Origin: Nymphaea colorata
Lineage: Eukaryota
DNA: 64,000 nucleotides
Direction: 5' to 3'
NCBI RefSeq assembly: GCF_008831285.2
Contig: NC_045138.2
Coordinates: 6,076,001 to 6,140,000 of the forward strand
Positions 25,220 through 37,766 of this stretch are shown in pieces. The first letter of the stretch is position 1. Each line of letters opens with the position of its first letter. Position numbers and translations under genes: made by a program. A model generated the notes under the pieces. That model did no database searches. It was given only the letters and a program-made list of their open reading frames with translations, and was not told the origin of the DNA.

Positions 25220-26349
25220 TCCACACATACATTTGGCCAACATCCATTGTTAGATGGGCTTATTTTTATTTGTGATGCTAAAAACTACCATAAAATGATA
25301 CATATATAGCTAGAAACCATTGTCAATGATTTGACATTTTGGAATTTACTGTTCGTGAAAGATTTTAGTAACAAAAAATTTATTTTTTCCCATCCCGCGA
25401 TGGACATCAATTCCTCCCATCTGGCAATGAATAGTTGTCAGATATTCAAAATTTTACAATTTTTTTGCTAAAACCAAATAAACCTTGCCACGGTTACATT
25501 CAATGCTATATGTGTTAGATGTTGCTAAATGGTTAAAATTTAAAAATTGATCGCCTACAAATAGTTGCTTAATTGCATTAACCCAAGTTTGTTCCTCATT
25601 TTAGGGTCAGCTTTTCTCAGAAATTTTAGTGAATCAGGTTTCACTTTCATTTTGTGAAAAGTAATAGGAACAAACTTGCAAAAAATGGCAACTACATTTT
25701 TCATTATTTTATTTCTTGCTACTTGATCACATTAAGTCAGAAATATTGCTGCTAGATTGTATGTTAGGTTCTTCAACCCAATTACGTTCCAATAATTTGG
25801 TGTTACTGATACAATTCTATTAAATCAGCGCCATGATTCATGCTTGTTAGATCGATATTTTCTTAAAGCTTAATTTATCCATAGTGTAGAAAAGTGGAAG
25901 CCAATCTAGAACTGGTGTTGATGAACTAATTGTTTGTGGTCCAATCAACCCATAAAGTTGTCCATCCACTAACTAGTCAGAACGTTAGCACTACCTTTTC
26001 GATATTTCTTGATCTCACTAATAATGTATTACTTCTTTTTTCATGTCGACATTTGTGTTGCTATCTCTCCGATGGGTGACCTCTCCCTTTTTCTCTCTCT
26101 CTCTCTCTCACACACACACATACACATATATGCATGACAACCAAAAATCTCTTTCTCTCTCACACACACACATACACATACACATATATGCATGACAACC
26201 AAAAAATTGCTGAAAATGCACCATGTAGAAATCATTGCTAAGAAACCATGAACAACTGCTATCACATAAGCAAGTGCTAAGGCTCCTATTGTAATTGTGT
26301 TTTAGTGACAAATTAATTTTTAGTCATCTTGCAACATCTGGTTTCTTTC

Positions 26350-29300
26350 TGTTAGGACTCGTCCCGATTAGGCCAGAATTTCCTAACCAAGACGCTCCTA
26401 TTGCCAAGACCGACTTGAGTACTTCCTAAAAACCAAAAATCCTAAGTAAAATTAATACAAACAATCTACCCGGCCGGACAAACCCCGGCGCAAAAACCCT
26501 AGGACAAGGTACAAGAGGTTAAGTTCCCAAACCTAACTACGGAATAACCTACTACAGACCACTACAAGGGTTCCAGGCTAGTACAATCGCGAGCGATACA
26601 AGATTACTCTCAACTCACTCACAAACCATTCCAAACCATGCAAACCACTCTAACGGACAAACCACACCCAACAAAAACAAATGGGTAGGTCTGCTCCTTG
26701 CGACCGTGTCTCGGGCAATAGGGCCCTCGAGGTGCCACAGAGAGGAGCTTGGCCGAAGCCTTGGCTAAAACAGCAAATTAAACAAACTAGATGAAATCCT
26801 AATGCAAAAATAGAAATAACACCCTCCCCGAATCTACAAGGGCTGGAGAGAGTTACCGGCCAAGGCGCTGCCTTGACTGTGCCGAGAGACCACAGGGCAG
26901 AATGCCTAGGCCCCGGGTATTGCAGCTCACGGGGCGGCGTGAAGTGCGCGGCCTGGACAGCCTCCTGCTGTCGGGCGGACGTGGACAGAATGCGGCCGAG
27001 ACAGCCGCCTGCTGTCGGGTGCGGACTGACTATACGCTGCCGAGAACAGCCGCCTGCTGTTAAGGCAGAGCCTGCGGACGAGCAGCCGAGACGGGGCCGG
27101 CTGTCGGGAGCGGACAGACAGGCAGAGCGTCAACGGGATGCGGCTTCTGTCTTCTGCAGTCGGACGGGCGGAGCGGCAGAGCGCTGGACGGGGCAGCCAC
27201 CTGCTGCAGGGCGCCGAGCGGGGTTGCGCGACCTCCTGTCGCCTAAAGCGTCGGCTGGATGCCGCGGTGCTGATAGAGAAGGAGGCGACCGCCTGTCGCC
27301 TGTGTTGCGCCTGCGGGTTGCGGCGCGGCCGAGGGGGGCGAAAGCCTTGCGGCAGTGCCTACCTACCTGGCGCTTGAAGTGGCTCGGCCACGGGTGTCGG
27401 CAGATGATGCCGACGACGGCGCGGGTGGCCGAGGAGCTGGCCGACGACGGCTAGTGAGCGGCTAGCGTCTCCGGCTGTTCCTAGTCCCTAGCTAAGGTCG
27501 GGTTAGCTTGGATGGGCGGGGCTCTACGGGTAGGCTGGTTAGGTGAAGTGAGGTTAAGGGCTCGGGTAGGCTAGAGGAAGCATAGCTTAGGTGCGGAAGA
27601 TAGGTTAACCTAGCTACTAGGTTGGCTAAGCCGAGAGATAGAAGAGGAAGCAAGGGAGGCTAAGATGAGACTCGGGTGTTGGGACTTAGCGAGCCGGCTG
27701 GAGAAGGAGAGAGATCACAAAGTGAGCTCGGGTGGGTCTGGTCAACGAGACACTCGAGGTAAGCTCGAGTCAACTAAGTTTAACCTAAGGTGGCTCGGGT
27801 TTGACCGAGTTACTACTGGGCAAGGTCAGGTTGGGTTTAGTCAACTTGGGTCAAGACCAAAAAGGGGTGACTAGGCTAGGTCTGGTCAAGGTCTAGCTGG
27901 GTTAGGTCTAAGTGGGTTTGGTCGAGTCGGTGTAGGGTTAGATGCGTGCCACTTGGCACGATGGACGGTTTCTTCCCTAAAGCTAAGGGGGATGAACCTA
28001 GACGAGATTACAAGAGAGGGGAGAGAGAGTTATGCGAGGTGGCTTAGTGGACTCTCGAAGAGGGGGAGATGGCGACACGTGGGCCGATCAAGGGTGGAGG
28101 TTGACTTCGGTTGGGCGAAGTGGAGAGTTGGCCAAAGGTTGTGCGAGTCCTAAGGTAACTTTTCCTAAAGATTAGGAAGAGGGAATGCGAGTTGGGGGAG
28201 TGGTGCGCCAAGTGGGGAAAAGGCAAGGGCGAGGTGGCAGGACACGAGGACTTCGTAAAAAGTAACCTCACGAGGTGGAGGGAAGGCTGGGTCGTGGTGC
28301 TTCAGATCACGACACGTGGCACGATGGACGGATAGGATTTCATGCGACTGGGTAATTGACTAAGGCAAAAAGCAAAAGGGCGAGGTGGCGTCAAGGGTCC
28401 TATAGTCAAGGGGGACGTGTTCCTAAAGCTACTCAACGTGGGACACTCCGAAAGTAACTGGTTTTCGGGCTGAGGGAGATGGCTCGGATGGAGGACACGT
28501 GGCAGGAGCAAGGGACGAGATTAGACTTACCTGGTTCAGCCGAAGTCGAGTGGGTTCGTACTTGGTGAAGTCGGTGGCGCGGTTTGAGTGACGCCTCCAA
28601 AATTGACCAAGGTGTCCTCGTCGTCTTCACTAGAGCTTTTGCCAGAGTAGGGGCAATTTCATCCTTTCACGCCTGGGATCACGAGCCAGCCGGAAAATGC
28701 AGGACTGACCGGAAAAATAGCAGAGTTCCGGCGAACGGCCGAACTCACTAACCCGCCGTCGGAATAGGCTCCCAATTGACAATATCGGAGCTCTTTCACC
28801 GGCGATTCTAATGAACTAAGCCAACTGTATATTCCACGGACGGAACTCAAGAAACAACAAATATCAACTTGCTGGACCGAGAGAACCAAGTGAAGCCGGC
28901 CGGAGTTCAGCAGAAATCCGACGAGGAGCCGAGACTTCTATTCAACCGTCCGATGATGCGAGGAATAGATTAACACGAAGCTTGGAGATTAGCGAATCCA
29001 GCAAGCCTTCGATTAATGATATATCCCGGGCAAATCTCACGATTGGGCAGAGTTGTCTCTGCTGTTCAGAAGTTTAGATGTGCAGGAACAGGCCACGAGT
29101 TCTGACATAAATCCATGGTCGTTTCTCCAAACCGAACAACTCTTAATTTGGCTAGGATAGAGCGCCAAAATCAATGCTTTCCCTAAGTGATTAGGACTTC
29201 GTCCAGAGAGTCTTCGCCTAAGAACTCTCGTTCTGCTCACGGGTAGGCCGAGAGAGAACAGAAACCTCAGAAGTATTCCCCCCTAGATCGGAATCCTAGA

Positions 29301-30398
29301 ACGTAAGGAAAACACAAATTTAAGCTACTAACCTTTACGCCGTCGATACTGAATCCAAAAATGGATTCAATCTTCCCTGCTGCAAGGTCTGCCTCTCAAC
29401 TTCACTGTGACGTGAGGAAGGTGCAGGACGCTGCTGATATGCTGTTTCGATGGGGAGGAAGCCGGGGACAAGGGAGGGACCTTCGCCGGTGAGGAAGAAG
29501 ATCCGCCGCAAGCCTTCCAACTCGAGCGCTGGCTGGTTCACCGCCGGTGCTCCGAGATCTTCAAGGAGGAAGAAGACGCCACGGTAGAAGGGGGCGCGAG
29601 GGGATGAGAGGGCACACACTCGAACTCTCGGGCAGGAGTTGTGCTTTGAGAATAGTTTCAGAATTCCTCGAGATTGAGGAGGGAGAGTCAAGCCTCGCGA
29701 GGAGGAGAGAGAGCGCCTTGCGCAAAATGCCTTAATTTCCTTAATCTTTGATAGAATGTACATTGATCCAAAATTATTTATACTAATCCTATTTGAGCGA
29801 ATCTACAATCCAGATCTCACTCTCTACCCAAGACCCAAATCCAAAATGCCAAGCACAACCCGCTAGGCTAGGTTCCTACCTCGAATCCTAATATTGACAA
29901 GCCTACAATTAACTTATTGACTCGATATTCATAAAGCAAATCGGGCCTAATGCCCACGCACAAAGAAAAAGGTTCGAGCCCCTGGATCTTTTGAACCCAG
30001 GGTGGGGACCTCGTGAGGGGACCCGCCCTCACTTCGGTTTGTTTGACTCAAGAGCTCGGTCAGGTTTGACCGAGCCGTTTACCTAAGACTTGGATCTTAG
30101 GACGTCTCAAGGGTCGCGTGAAGTGGACTCGTTTGGTTTGGACGCTTCTAGCTTGACGAGCCCTAGACTGGAATCTAAGCTACCCTGAGACTGAACCTGC
30201 TTGAGCACCGTTGATGACCTAGTTGCTCCTCCCACTCCTCCCGCTGCAACTATCTCTGGTGCTTCTTGACTCTTCCTGGGACTGGCCTTGATACATTGAA
30301 GAGAACGAGCTCCAATATCTGAAGCCTTGCGCTTCCTTCTGCTGGATTCGGCGGGCTCGGTCTCAACTGGGTCTGGACCGCTGGGTAGGTCCGTAACA
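26350..30398. mobile_element. Solo LTR (~4.05 kb), probably Ty3/Gypsy (Ogre/Tat-like long LTR)
   Basis: Begins TGTTAGGAC and ends GTCCGTAACA (TG..CA, short terminal inverted repeat). Flanked by a perfect 5-bp TSD CTTTC (26345-26349 and 30399-30403). Abruptly GC/CpG-rich; no gag/pol ORF and no second LTR copy seen. Lineage assignment is inference from LTR length. Confidence 0.85.
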
Positions 30399-30415
30399 CT
30401 TTCTTTCTCTCCCTC

Positions 30416-30490
<75 letters not shown>

Positions 30491-32644
30491 CCTATCTACT
30501 AGGTCAAGGAAAAAAATCAGAGACGACAAATTGACAGCTCATATAAAAACTATCGTTAATGAAATTTAACTTTATGACCACAATATTAAGATTAACTTGA
30601 CAAGAATACACTAAGTCAATCCTTTTCCAAGTTTCAGCCTGCTTTTCAATAAGAAAAAGATGACTGGCTTTTATAGCAATTTCATACAAATGGTTTGCAT
30701 TAAAGCATGTTTTATTCTGAATTAGTATTCATGATCTTGTTTGCATGTACATATTTTTGTTTAAAGATCTTTTAGAAAGAACTTGAGTTCGCAAGATCTT
30801 AATTAAATTTCCAACATAATTATGTCGTCGGGATTCTCACATGCAACAGGACATAAAATCTTCTACTAATATGGTAATATACAATATAATTCATAATTGT
30901 GTTGTATAGTACTTTTTGGTTTCATAGCATCAAAATATTACTCCCACTCGAAGATTATTGCTTCCTTTGGGGTGAAGTTTGTTTCAAACCTTATTATGCA
31001 TGAAGATATCATGACACTAACATAAGTTGTTAACTATCTAACATGCCTACTACAATATCGTCTCGTATCAGTTTTTCATCGATACGGACTCAATTGGACA
31101 ACACACATTACCTTTTATCAGCATGGATCTGCTGTTATTTCTTTTTCGTAATAAAAAATGATGTAAAATATTTTAGTTCAATTAAAATAAAATGCATACC
31201 AGTTAGCACCTCATCAAATGAACCACACTTCTATCATTATATATTTTATTGGGTTCATGTCGACATTCCATTAGTCACCTATTCAATTAATAACCATATT
31301 ATATAATTTAATTAAAAACCATATTGTATAATTTATTAACTTAACTTTCTAATTGTCTATATATATGTTGGTTGTGCAACTTCCTGTTGGCCGCGAGTTC
31401 CTGGTTTTTGCTGCAATTTAATGAGTTAACTCAGGACAAAGAAAACCAGGCTGATCCATAACACCGGCGACGTGGAGAGATTGAAGTTATATTGGCTCCA
31501 AAAGAGAAGAACATGAAAAATTATTTAGAAATGTGAAAGGCATTGTACAGTTTGCTGACTTGTTACGACGTAGGAATGACGTGAGATATGATCTTAGTCA
31601 GGTTTAGACTTCATACTTTTTCCAGTTAACCAATGAGGTGTGGCATGTTGTAACATTAAGGCTATTTGTTTTATTGCACAGTTGAGATCCGTGGTGATCT
31701 GAGATCAGTCAACTCCTATTGTTCCGTCTGGAGTGCCCACCCCTGGCCCCTCCACCCATTCGTTAAAACCGGCGGATTACTTGCAGCGATGATTTGCAGC
31801 CTAGGGGGCCCTTTGGTAATGTTACTGTCCTATTCAACTAATCCAAAAATTAATTGTAAATTTATTCAGCACTTTAAAAAGTATTATGCGAATCTGCCCC
31901 ACTTTTTATGACAGATGCATGGAAAAGTAACATATCAAAGAGTCCTTAAAAGTATGCATTTGTTAACCAAGGGTCTGCAATCTTTAATTATTGAAGATGC
32001 CAAGGTCTACAATTCTATGTTTGACCGCTAATCCCATAGTTTTTAATTGCGACACATTGCTTTGATCTAATAATGCGCGTGCACATACGCGCATACATAT
32101 ATATATATATATAAATATAAATATAAAGACAGAAAAAGAGAGAGAGAAAGAAAGAAAGAGATTGAAATAAAAAAAAATGTTGCCAGATGACTAAATAATT
32201 GAAATACGTTAAGTCTTGAATAGTTTGGGATATTTTGTGGCAATGGTTTATAATGCTTTTTAATGGGAGATTTTAAATATTAAACTATGTGACCACATCT
32301 GGCGGCTGGTTGATTTCAATTTTTCTCACGTGTAACGTGTAGTGGATTCAAAACTGCTGCGCATGCCAAATTTTGTCAAATAGTTACGAATTTTTCCAGT
32401 CAAAGCAATATAAAGGATACTAGACCAAATTAATTAGGATGCATAGAAGGTGGTCAAGACTGGTTATCAAAAGTTGTGATGAGCGGAGATTGTGAAGGTT
32501 AGATCGAATTCAAGACAGGTGGATCGAGGAGTCCGAACCCATTGTGTTGTCCTTGTCACGCTTTCTGGTCAATGCTCACACTTGTCAAAAGGACATAAAG
32601 TGCGCCAATTTGATAAGATATTTTCAACTTTCCATTTGAAATAT

Positions 32645-32685
<41 letters not shown>

Positions 32686-33916
32686 CTAAGAAGTTGATAA
32701 AAGCCTGACACTTAGATCAGGAATAAAAACCAGACCCATTGATTTTCTTATTCAAAAATTATTTTAATTACAATATAAACATCTTAGTATATTTCTAAAG
32801 ACTATTTTGACATAAAACATGCTTTGGTTCAAGTTGATTTAATGAAAAATGTTAATATTTTTATTATCATGTCTTGAGGGCCGTTCAGTTTTTCTTAGCA
32901 TAAAAACACCATTAATAAGGTTAGACTGTCAAAAAAAAAAACACTTTAAAAATCAATTTCAATGGGTGTAGCTTTCTAATTTTTGCCACTTACCAGACTA
33001 CTTGGATAATGGATACAAACCAAACCCGTAAGTCTGTGTTAAAGTGTTTAAACAAACTATGAAACTTATGATGTGTTTATGAACACTAATTTAAGATGAA
33101 TAATGTTTTTTTTCACATTATTTTTTATAAGAGGATGGATCATTTCTATTAACAAACTTTTGATGTTATAAGAGTGGTATCTTGTCAAATCAGTTTGACG
33201 ATCATATTTATAAGGTCAGATTGCACTAAAAAAACCTCATGTCACACTTGATTGCTTGTCATGCTTAAATCGTGTTCTTCCTTGACTCAACAAAATCTTG
33301 GCCCGTCCCTAAACGAAATCCTGGCTCGCCTTTGTCCTTGAAACTTTCATATTAAATCGATCCTAAGTAAAAAATCAACCTCCCAATGTTGTGAATGATA
33401 ACTAGAAATGAAAAGCCACTTAGATGGACATGACCTGTCTGATGAAGGTCATGGCCTCAGTAGCAAATTTTTCTGGTTGATGGGGAAGCTCTAGTCCATG
33501 GAGGTCGCATCCAACACACTAGAGTTGCTTAGTCGACGTATGCTTGTCCTCAACAGTTAGAGGTGGAGTTAGAAATTTTTCATGAACGAGATTGAATTAA
33601 AGTTTCTAAATTTTGACAAGAGCTGAAATACCATTTTTCAAAAATTTTATATAAGACAAGTGAAAATTTCTAAAACTTATATGTAAATTTTTTTATTGTT
33701 TTTTGAGGAGGGGCTAGAGCCCTTACAGCCCCCCCTTTGGCTCCACCCCAGCCACTACAAGATGCAAAGGAGAAAAGAGAGTGGGTTGGATAAAATGAAA
33801 AAGGAAAACTAGGTTTTATTACCCTGTCTGAGCCTTCAATGATGACAAGGATGTGTGTTATTAGATAGCACTTGACCAAACAGCACAAGACAGTTGATAC
33901 CATTTATTTATATAAA

Positions 33917-34285
33917 TTGGTAAAAACCAAACACTTAGACCATACATAAAAAACCAGATCCTTTAATATTTTGCTAAAAAATTATTTTAAATAAAATATA
34001 AACATCTTAACATATTTATAAAAATTATTTTGATATAAAACATGCTTTGAATCAAGTTAAATTTATGAAAAATGTTGATTTTTCTATTATCAAAATATTG
34101 ATGCTATGAGAGCCTTTATAATTTATAAAACACTATTAAAACCCAAAAAATGATCAACTTAATATATGTTTTGGATCAATCTATCATTAAGATCATATTG
34201 GTACATAAGGTAAGATTAAAAAAAAAACACTTCAAATATGATATCTAAAATGTCTGGTTTTTGTCCCTAACCTATTGGTTTGTTA
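33917..34285. mobile_element. AT-rich MITE with long TIRs in a (TA)-rich site
   Basis: Ends TTGGTAAAAACC..AAAAACCAG / CTGGTTTTTGTCC. Family copies at ~4530-4900, 32692-33230 and 59730-59970, most adjoining (TA)n. Confidence 0.6.
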
Positions 34286-34756
34286 TATATATGTATATAT
34301 ATGGTCAACTATACAACATGCCAAGTAAATATTGAAGAGCATAAAAAGCAGCAGGAAAGGAAGAGTGGACAAAAGATGACGAGGGAAAACCGCATCGCCA
34401 ATCTTGAGGGAAAAGGCCAATGGGAAGACTTCCACTATGAAAAGATCGAAACAGCATAGTACAAGAACAGGGCCGGTTCACGTTATTTTCAATCTCTAAT
34501 CCGACTATTTTGATGAGCACAAGCAGAAGGCAAATAAAAACAAAAAAGGAAATGAAGACACTTTAATATTGATCAAGATTTCTTTCTCTTCTTCCTCCAT
34601 CAGGCTCTGCTTCTCTTTCTTCTATTCCTAACTCACCTCTCTTCTTCCTTCCAAGGGTGAAGCCAATTTTTTTTTTATGGGGCACCAATTATATAAAACT
34701 CATTCCGTTTTTGTTTTGAAGCATGTTGGGCCATGGGACAGTGACTACTCGGCCTT

Positions 34757-35260
34757 AGGGGTGAACACGAGCTTGAGTTCAGCCAGCTTGAGCTTGGCTG
34801 GACTAATGAAACCTCGAGCTCAAGCTCAGCTCGACCTTGAGAATAGCTCGATAGAAGCAGCTCGAGCTCGACTTGACAGTTACGCGTTGAGCTCGAGCTT
34901 GATTAAGGCTCGACAAACTCATTTGAATATATGGACTATTACTTTGCCATAGATTGAGTTTGACTCAATTGAGGCTTCACAAACTTGAATGAGCTTTTGT
35001 AAAAACATACATAATTATTTAATTTCAATATACTACCTTTTAATTAAAAAAATGAGTCACATACTTAAAAAATCGCTACACATCATTTTCGAGCCAAGTC
35101 GAGTTTTAACAGTTCGAGTTCAGTGAACTCGAACTCAACTCCATTATCTGAACGAGTTGACTCATAAACTTGAGCTTGACCCGTTAAGCAAATGATTCAG
35201 CTCGAACTCGTTCACGAGTCGATCTTTAACGAATTGAGCTCGACTCGTTGCTCACCCTTG
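34757..35260. mobile_element. GAGCTCGAG-rich MITE family member, nested in another MITE
   Basis: Termini AGGGGTGAACA / TGCTCACCCTTG and internal GAGCTCGAG/CTCGA repeats. Related copies at ~12670-12800, 35673-36013, 46720-47040, 49450-49830 and 62700-63070. Confidence 0.7.
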
Positions 35261-36468
35261 CCCAGCCCTCATGGGGCTTCCCTATATAATTGAACCCAAA
35301 ACCAACCATTGAATTAGTTATGCTTTCAGATTAGGCTCCATATGGAGCATAACGCCACAGACTTGCCACAGACTTCACGTATCTCCACCTCTGCTTCTCT
35401 CCTTTCTCCACCACGCTACTTACTTCTTAGGTGAAGTAGCAAAGGAGGTAGACAGCAGCGTGCGTTATGGCAAGCAGTGACCGAGCCATGTTGTGGCTGC
35501 TATGGGCAATGGCCCATACCAGCCTAGAGAATTTGCTTTATTTAAATGCAAATATTTCATCAATTTTTACTTTATATATATATATATATATATATAAGTG
35601 CTCCTTAGAGTTTGAAATTTGAAATATGATTGCCCTTAGCTAGAAAGGTCTTGCTCCCCCACTGATCACAAGTAGGGTGCCAACGAGACAAGTCAGCTCG
35701 GACTCGACCTGGCCCAAAAAAACTCGATCTATAGTTCGACTCAACTATAGAGTGTCTATAAGCTCGAGCTTTGACTTGCCTAACTCGTTTTTGTTGACTT
35801 GCCTCATTTATTTTAAATTGGTTTAACTCATTAACTTGTTTAAGTAATTCAACTATGATGAACCGGTTTACATAGTCGAGTTGAACTGAGTTTCAACGGG
35901 TTGAGTTCTTACACCTTCAACTTGAGTTACTTAATTCAAACTCTTATAATTGAGTGGAGTTCGAGCTAAGTTTTTTTGACCGAGTTCAAGTGAGCCTCTG
36001 GTTATGCAGCCCTCTTCAGAAAGCCTCTTTTCTCTCCCTCTCTCTACCGCTTCCATGGGGGTTTTCTCAAAACCCTCCGCGCCCGCCCCCTTCTAATAAC
36101 TCAACCAAAAAAAAAAAAAGAACAAGGAAAATATGGGGGCATTGCGCTTTTGGGTGCTCTAATCACTCAGTAACGTACTCTTTGGCTTGCACCCTTACAT
36201 CCATTATTCTTTGGATGAATCTTATGAAAAGATTGATCTACCGGGGAAGACTGACTCCACTATGCCAACCCTTTTTTTGATTCAAGCGATTGGGATTTTG
36301 CTAAATGAACTAACCATTGCAGACAATCCATTATTGGTCTTAAATAATTGGGTCTATTAAGTGCGAGAAATCGATTGAATAGTTATCTGAATGATTGCAG
36401 ACAATGGATTGTTAATTCATTAATGAACTGATGTACTGAAGGAGAAAGATAGGGTTAATTGTCCAGTT

Positions 36469-36924
36469 AGGAGTGTCAAATGATCGCATTTGGATCAGAT
36501 ATCTGACTTATTGGTCAAAAGGTGAGATATATATGAAAAAGAATTAACATCTGATTAAGAAATCGGATCGGATTCAGATTTAGAAATTAAGATCTAATTG
36601 GGTTTAAATCTGGATTTAAATAAGTATTTGATCAGATATGTATACAACTTAATTTAAACAAAATGTCTCATTTCTTATTTTCATGTCGGTTACTAAAATA
36701 TCATCATGTGTCTCGATTGGCTTGTGAATTAGAAGAACACGGATTCGGATAGGAAAACAAAAGTCATATTCAGATAACACTTGGATTGTGAATTTAAAAA
36801 TCAGATCCAAGTTACAGATTACTTTTCTTTGTTTGTATTTGAATCCAAATTTGATTTCAAAGATAAATTGGACATGATAAAATATTCATCTAATTTGAAC
36901 GAACCCAATCTATTGATATCCCTG
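36469..36924. mobile_element. GGAT/ATCC-rich MITE family member
   Basis: Termini TAGGAGTGTCAA / TTGATATCCCTG and internal GGATCGGATT repeats. Related copies at ~1-95, 650-937, 2130-2433, 6510-7023 and 8220-8525. Confidence 0.65.
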
Positions 36925-37766
36925 TATCAAATCATATAAAAGACAAGGTTTGAACCAATTCCGATATGCACTCTATTTGTATCAGAAGACGACTTAGGTA
37001 CCAATGAATGTCATCATTGACATCATGGTCATAATAATTTTCTTGTCTTGTCCCATGTGGATGATCATGGAGTCATATTTCTTTTCTAAGCTACTTAGTG
37101 GGACAGGTATCTATCTATTCTGAAAGTGTGTTGGCACGGAGGTATATGATTTGGCTGTCATGCTGTAGTCGTTGTCCAAATTTTCGGGCATGACAGCAAG
37201 CCATGCAAATAGGTTTATTGCTTGTCCGGAAGGGCTTTAGGGCTGGTTAAGATTGCCTGAAGGGGCGTAACATAGTTAGTCAAGCAGACAGTGGCTGAGT
37301 CAGGTGAAGCTGGCAGGGAACTTGACCCACTTCAATTCTTTTTTTAATTTACATGTAAATTAAAAATTTTTATTTATCCAATATAAAATTTTTGAAAAAT
37401 TATATTTCTGCCCCTATTCAAATTTTGAAACTGTAAATCAGCCTCATTCATAAAAAAAATTCTAGCTTTGCCCATAGGCATGCATATAGAAAACACGTCA
37501 TTTCTTCCATTCTTGTAGATGCCACATTCACGGACCAAAAGAGGGTAGGATAGCAACCCTAAAGTTGAAGGGTTTACCATACCCCACCTAGATCCCGATG
37601 CAGCACAGGACTTTAGAGGCAGGGGGAATGGGGAGAGCTTTAGATCTTTTCTGGGCCAGTAGGTTGTTAACCTCCAACCCATACAAAGGGCCCCAAAGAT
37701 TACCGAAAAGTTAGGCTTACTTTTATTTTGCACCATAAATTGACCTTATTGTGAAATGCATAAATG

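Noticed and set aside
24993..25309. ORFs with YIYIYI / ERERER runs (here and elsewhere)
   Set aside because: Translations of (TA)n and (GA)n microsatellites.
26873..27454. 193-aa GC-rich ORF and neighbouring ORFs
   Set aside because: Inside the solo LTR, Arg/Ala/Gly-rich, non-ATG start, no recognisable domain; expected by chance in GC-rich DNA.
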